A DNA stretch of 64,000 nt from Aulosira sp. ZfuVER01 (GTDB lineage: Bacteria; Cyanobacteriota; Cyanobacteriia; Cyanobacteriales; Nostocaceae), in contig JAVRCV020000056.1 of the NCBI GenBank assembly GCA_034530615.2, forward strand, positions 1-64,000. Reading direction: 5' to 3'. The notes below the pieces were generated by a model, which saw only the letters and a list, made by a program, of their open reading frames with translations, did not search any database and was not told where the DNA came from. Shown here piece by piece: positions 62,007 through 64,000 of the stretch. Within the stretch, counting starts at the first letter, position 1. Each line of letters starts with the position of its first letter. The position numbers and the translations under genes were made by a program.

Positions 62007-62273
62007 TCACCAATTACCAACGCTGTTTTCGTCCCAGATTTCTAGTTCAATCTCCTGAAGATGATTGATAGCACGATCTATCTGTGCTGTTGTACCTTGT
62101 AACTCGAGGTCAAACCAACCGTCACCAACAGCGTTTGCACCTAAAATCGCGGCTGTAATATTTATAGTTAGACCATAATCTGAAACTAAGCGGGAAATTA
62201 CAGGTTCTTGATGAAAATTCCTCGGAATTCGCAGGCGAATTTGTTTGTGAACGATCTGATTGTCAGTAACCAT
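62007..62273 (-). CDS. Standalone NIL-domain protein
   Basis: RLRIP..QEPVISRLVSDYGLTINITAA..GWFDLELQG. Confidence 0.85.
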   Translation of the reverse strand: MVTDNQIVHKQIRLRIPRNFHQEPVISRLVSDYGLTINITAAILGANAVGDGWFDLELQGTTAQIDRAINHLQEIELEIWDENSVGNW

Positions 62274-62804
62274 ATCTCAATTACCTATTCTTCAGAAATC
62301 AAAGAAGTAAATATAGCCTCCGCACCACAGCCAAATTAGTGTGTGCGATCGCCAATAACCTATTTTTCGTTTAGACTGGCTTCTGTATTGTTTGTAGATG
62401 ACGCAATTTCGCCGTTAACAGAACAGGCTACCCTACACTTAAAATTACTCACACCCAAAATCAAGAGGTGCGTTTCCATCGATGCTAGATATCCCTCCAA
62501 ATAGCCACTTTCTGCTTCTGGCTTTAAACTACAGTTTGTCTATCAATTATTTGTACTTTAAGGTCTTAGTAATACATACTACAGATATTTAGATGAAATA
62601 GCAATAGGAAACACCATAATCCCGGTCAAATATGTGGTAATTCCATTATTGTTCAGAATGCAAGCTGGGTAATACCATTTTGGATTTTAGATTTTGGATT
62701 GTAAAAGATTGATTGACCAAGCTTTTGGGCGCTCCATCTGTCGCAATCATTTTTCAAATTGGTATTAGGCATCTGCGATCGCTCTCACTCATCTAAAAAA
62801 TGAT

Positions 62805-62845
62805 AAAAAAATAGCAGATGGGGATGGACTTACCCAACTGCTATT
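62805..62845 (-). terminator. Rho-independent terminator after ssuE
   Basis: minus strand aatagcagttgggt..cccatctgctat followed by T run. Confidence 0.65.
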
Positions 62846-62874
62846 GAGGAAGGAGTAACAAGAACTCTGAACAA

Positions 62875-63444
62875 CTAACCAGCATGGGTCAATTCTTTAG
62901 CCAGATTCTGGGAATGATTCACTGCTAAAGCAAACTCGTTGACGACATCTTGCAACCTGTGGTCTATTTCCTCATCAAATTGCACGCTACCATCAGGCTG
63001 AATTTTAATTTGCTTATCGACTGCGTAAACTGTACTCAATATATGCCGTGCGCCTAATTCAGATAACACAGGTTTTAATGCATACTCTACTGATAATAAA
63101 TGGGCGATTGTGCCACCTACGGCTAGAGGTAGCACAACTTTGCCTGCTAAAGCTTTCTGGGGTAATAAATCTAAAAATGCTTTGAGTACACCTGTGTAGG
63201 CTGCTTTATAAATGGGAGTTGCAATAATTACACCGCTTGCTTTTTCTAGCAGTGCTTTTGGTTGTTCTAATGCGGGACTATCATAACGTCCATAGGCTAA
63301 GACTTCAGCAGGTATATCTCGGACTGAGATGATATTTGTGGATAAATCTTTTTGCTGTGACAGAAGTTGAGCAGCGTATTCCACAAGGGCGTAGGTTCTG
63401 GAAGGATGAGTGGGACTACCAGCGATCGCTAATATTTGTGTCAT
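62875..63444 (-). CDS. ssuE: NADPH-dependent FMN reductase
   Basis: IAGSP..SRT, ATPIYKAAYTGVLKAFLDLLP, HLLSVEYALKPVL. Confidence 0.9.
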   Translation of the reverse strand: MTQILAIAGSPTHPSRTYALVEYAAQLLSQQKDLSTNIISVRDIPAEVLAYGRYDSPALEQPKALLEKASGVIIATPIYKAAYTGVLKAFLDLLPQKALAGKVVLPLAVGGTIAHLLSVEYALKPVLSELGARHILSTVYAVDKQIKIQPDGSVQFDEEIDHRLQDVVNEFALAVNHSQNLAKELTHAG

Positions 63445-63687
63445 GTTGAGTGAGACCTTTTAGGGTTTTTAAACGCAGAGGTGTGAGGAGGGAAGTGCAG
63501 CGAAAAGTTACAAGGAAGCCACCCGCAAGCAAGCGACTCAACTTTTCAAGATAGCCGATCGTGGGAAAAACCCACAAACATACATGAAAATATGATACCT
63601 TCTGGAGAGAGGACAAGGGGGACAAAGAGATGCAAAGACGCGGAGACGCGGAGAAATAATCAATGCTCCATGCCCAATGCCCAATTT

Positions 63688-64000
63688 TTAGTCTACGGTG
63701 GCGATTGTCTTTTCTTTGATCGGTTGGCTGGGGAATTCTTGGTTAGCTACAACTTCGCCAAAGGGACTCAGTAGTTGTGGTTCTACTGGTGGTTGATTCT
63801 GTAGTGGTAAACGAGGGAAGAGTAATTCTGCTACTCGATAGGCTTCTTCTAGATGGGGATAACCAGAGAAGATAAAGGTGTCGATACCTAATTCTTGATA
63901 TTCCAGCATTCTTTGAGCTACTGTATCAGGATCGCCTACTAAGGCAGTTCCGGCACCACCACGCACTAAGCCAATTCCTGCCCACAAATTTGGGCTAATT
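63688..64000 (-). CDS. ssuD: FMNH2-dependent alkanesulfonate monooxygenase, 3' part (truncated by window edge)
   Basis: [40 protein letters not shown]. Confidence 0.9.
   Translation of the reverse strand, partial: ISPNLWAGIGLVRGGAGTALVGDPDTVAQRMLEYQELGIDTFIFSGYPHLEEAYRVAELLFPRLPLQNQPPVEPQLLSPFGEVVANQEFPSQPIKEKTIATVD

Larger units (their letters stand above)
42587..64000. mobile_element. Left portion of a putative nifE-interrupting element (right end outside window)
   Basis: nifE break ~60 bp before a serine recombinase; no nifE 3' or nifN in the rest of the window; extent is inferred. Confidence 0.55.

Noticed and set aside
1..64000. Very frequent GCGATCGC palindromes
   Set aside because: HIP1, a genome-wide cyanobacterial feature; useful for taxonomy only
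1..64000. CRISPR array, tRNA or rRNA genes
   Set aside because: No regularly spaced repeat-spacer array, cloverleaf or rRNA-like sequence was recognised; heptamer tracts have no spacers

Overview
64-kb window from a heterocyst-forming cyanobacterium (Nostocales-like: dense HIP1 GCGATCGC sites, heptamer STRR tracts, nif genes). From left to right: (1) a five-gene baseplate/tail-fibre half-operon of a contractile injection system; (2) an SLH-VWA gene and a decayed STAND-regulator locus; (3) a PKS/NRPS-free fatty-acid tailoring cluster (Coq4-like, FAAL, JamB-like desaturase, second desaturase, ACP, CFA-type methyltransferase, lipocalin-like, hydrolase, flavin monooxygenase) bracketed by an RcaC/RcaF-like phosphorelay and two hybrid kinases, with five copies of a promoter box TCTCCCC-N4-TCTCCCCGAT-N7-TANNNT linking synthase and signalling genes; (4) a ~1.4-kb nif island (nifK 3' fragment, Mo-nitrogenase C-terminal-domain gene, nifE 5' fragment) cut at both ends, each end abutting its own large serine recombinase, i.e. 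two back-to-back XisF-type interruption elements whose far ends lie outside the window; (5) modA and a divergent porin operon with repeated TACCAACT-N3-TTGG operators; (6) a sulfur-assimilation cluster (TauE, CadD x2, LysR, cysK, Rrf2, cysE, cysA, three NIL genes, ssuE, ssuD). Best candidates for an undescribed system: the self-regulated fatty-acid (possibly alkyne) signal/secondary-metabolite circuit, and the double nifK/nifE rearrangement with very large cargo. All family assignments come from motif recognition by eye; no searches were run.
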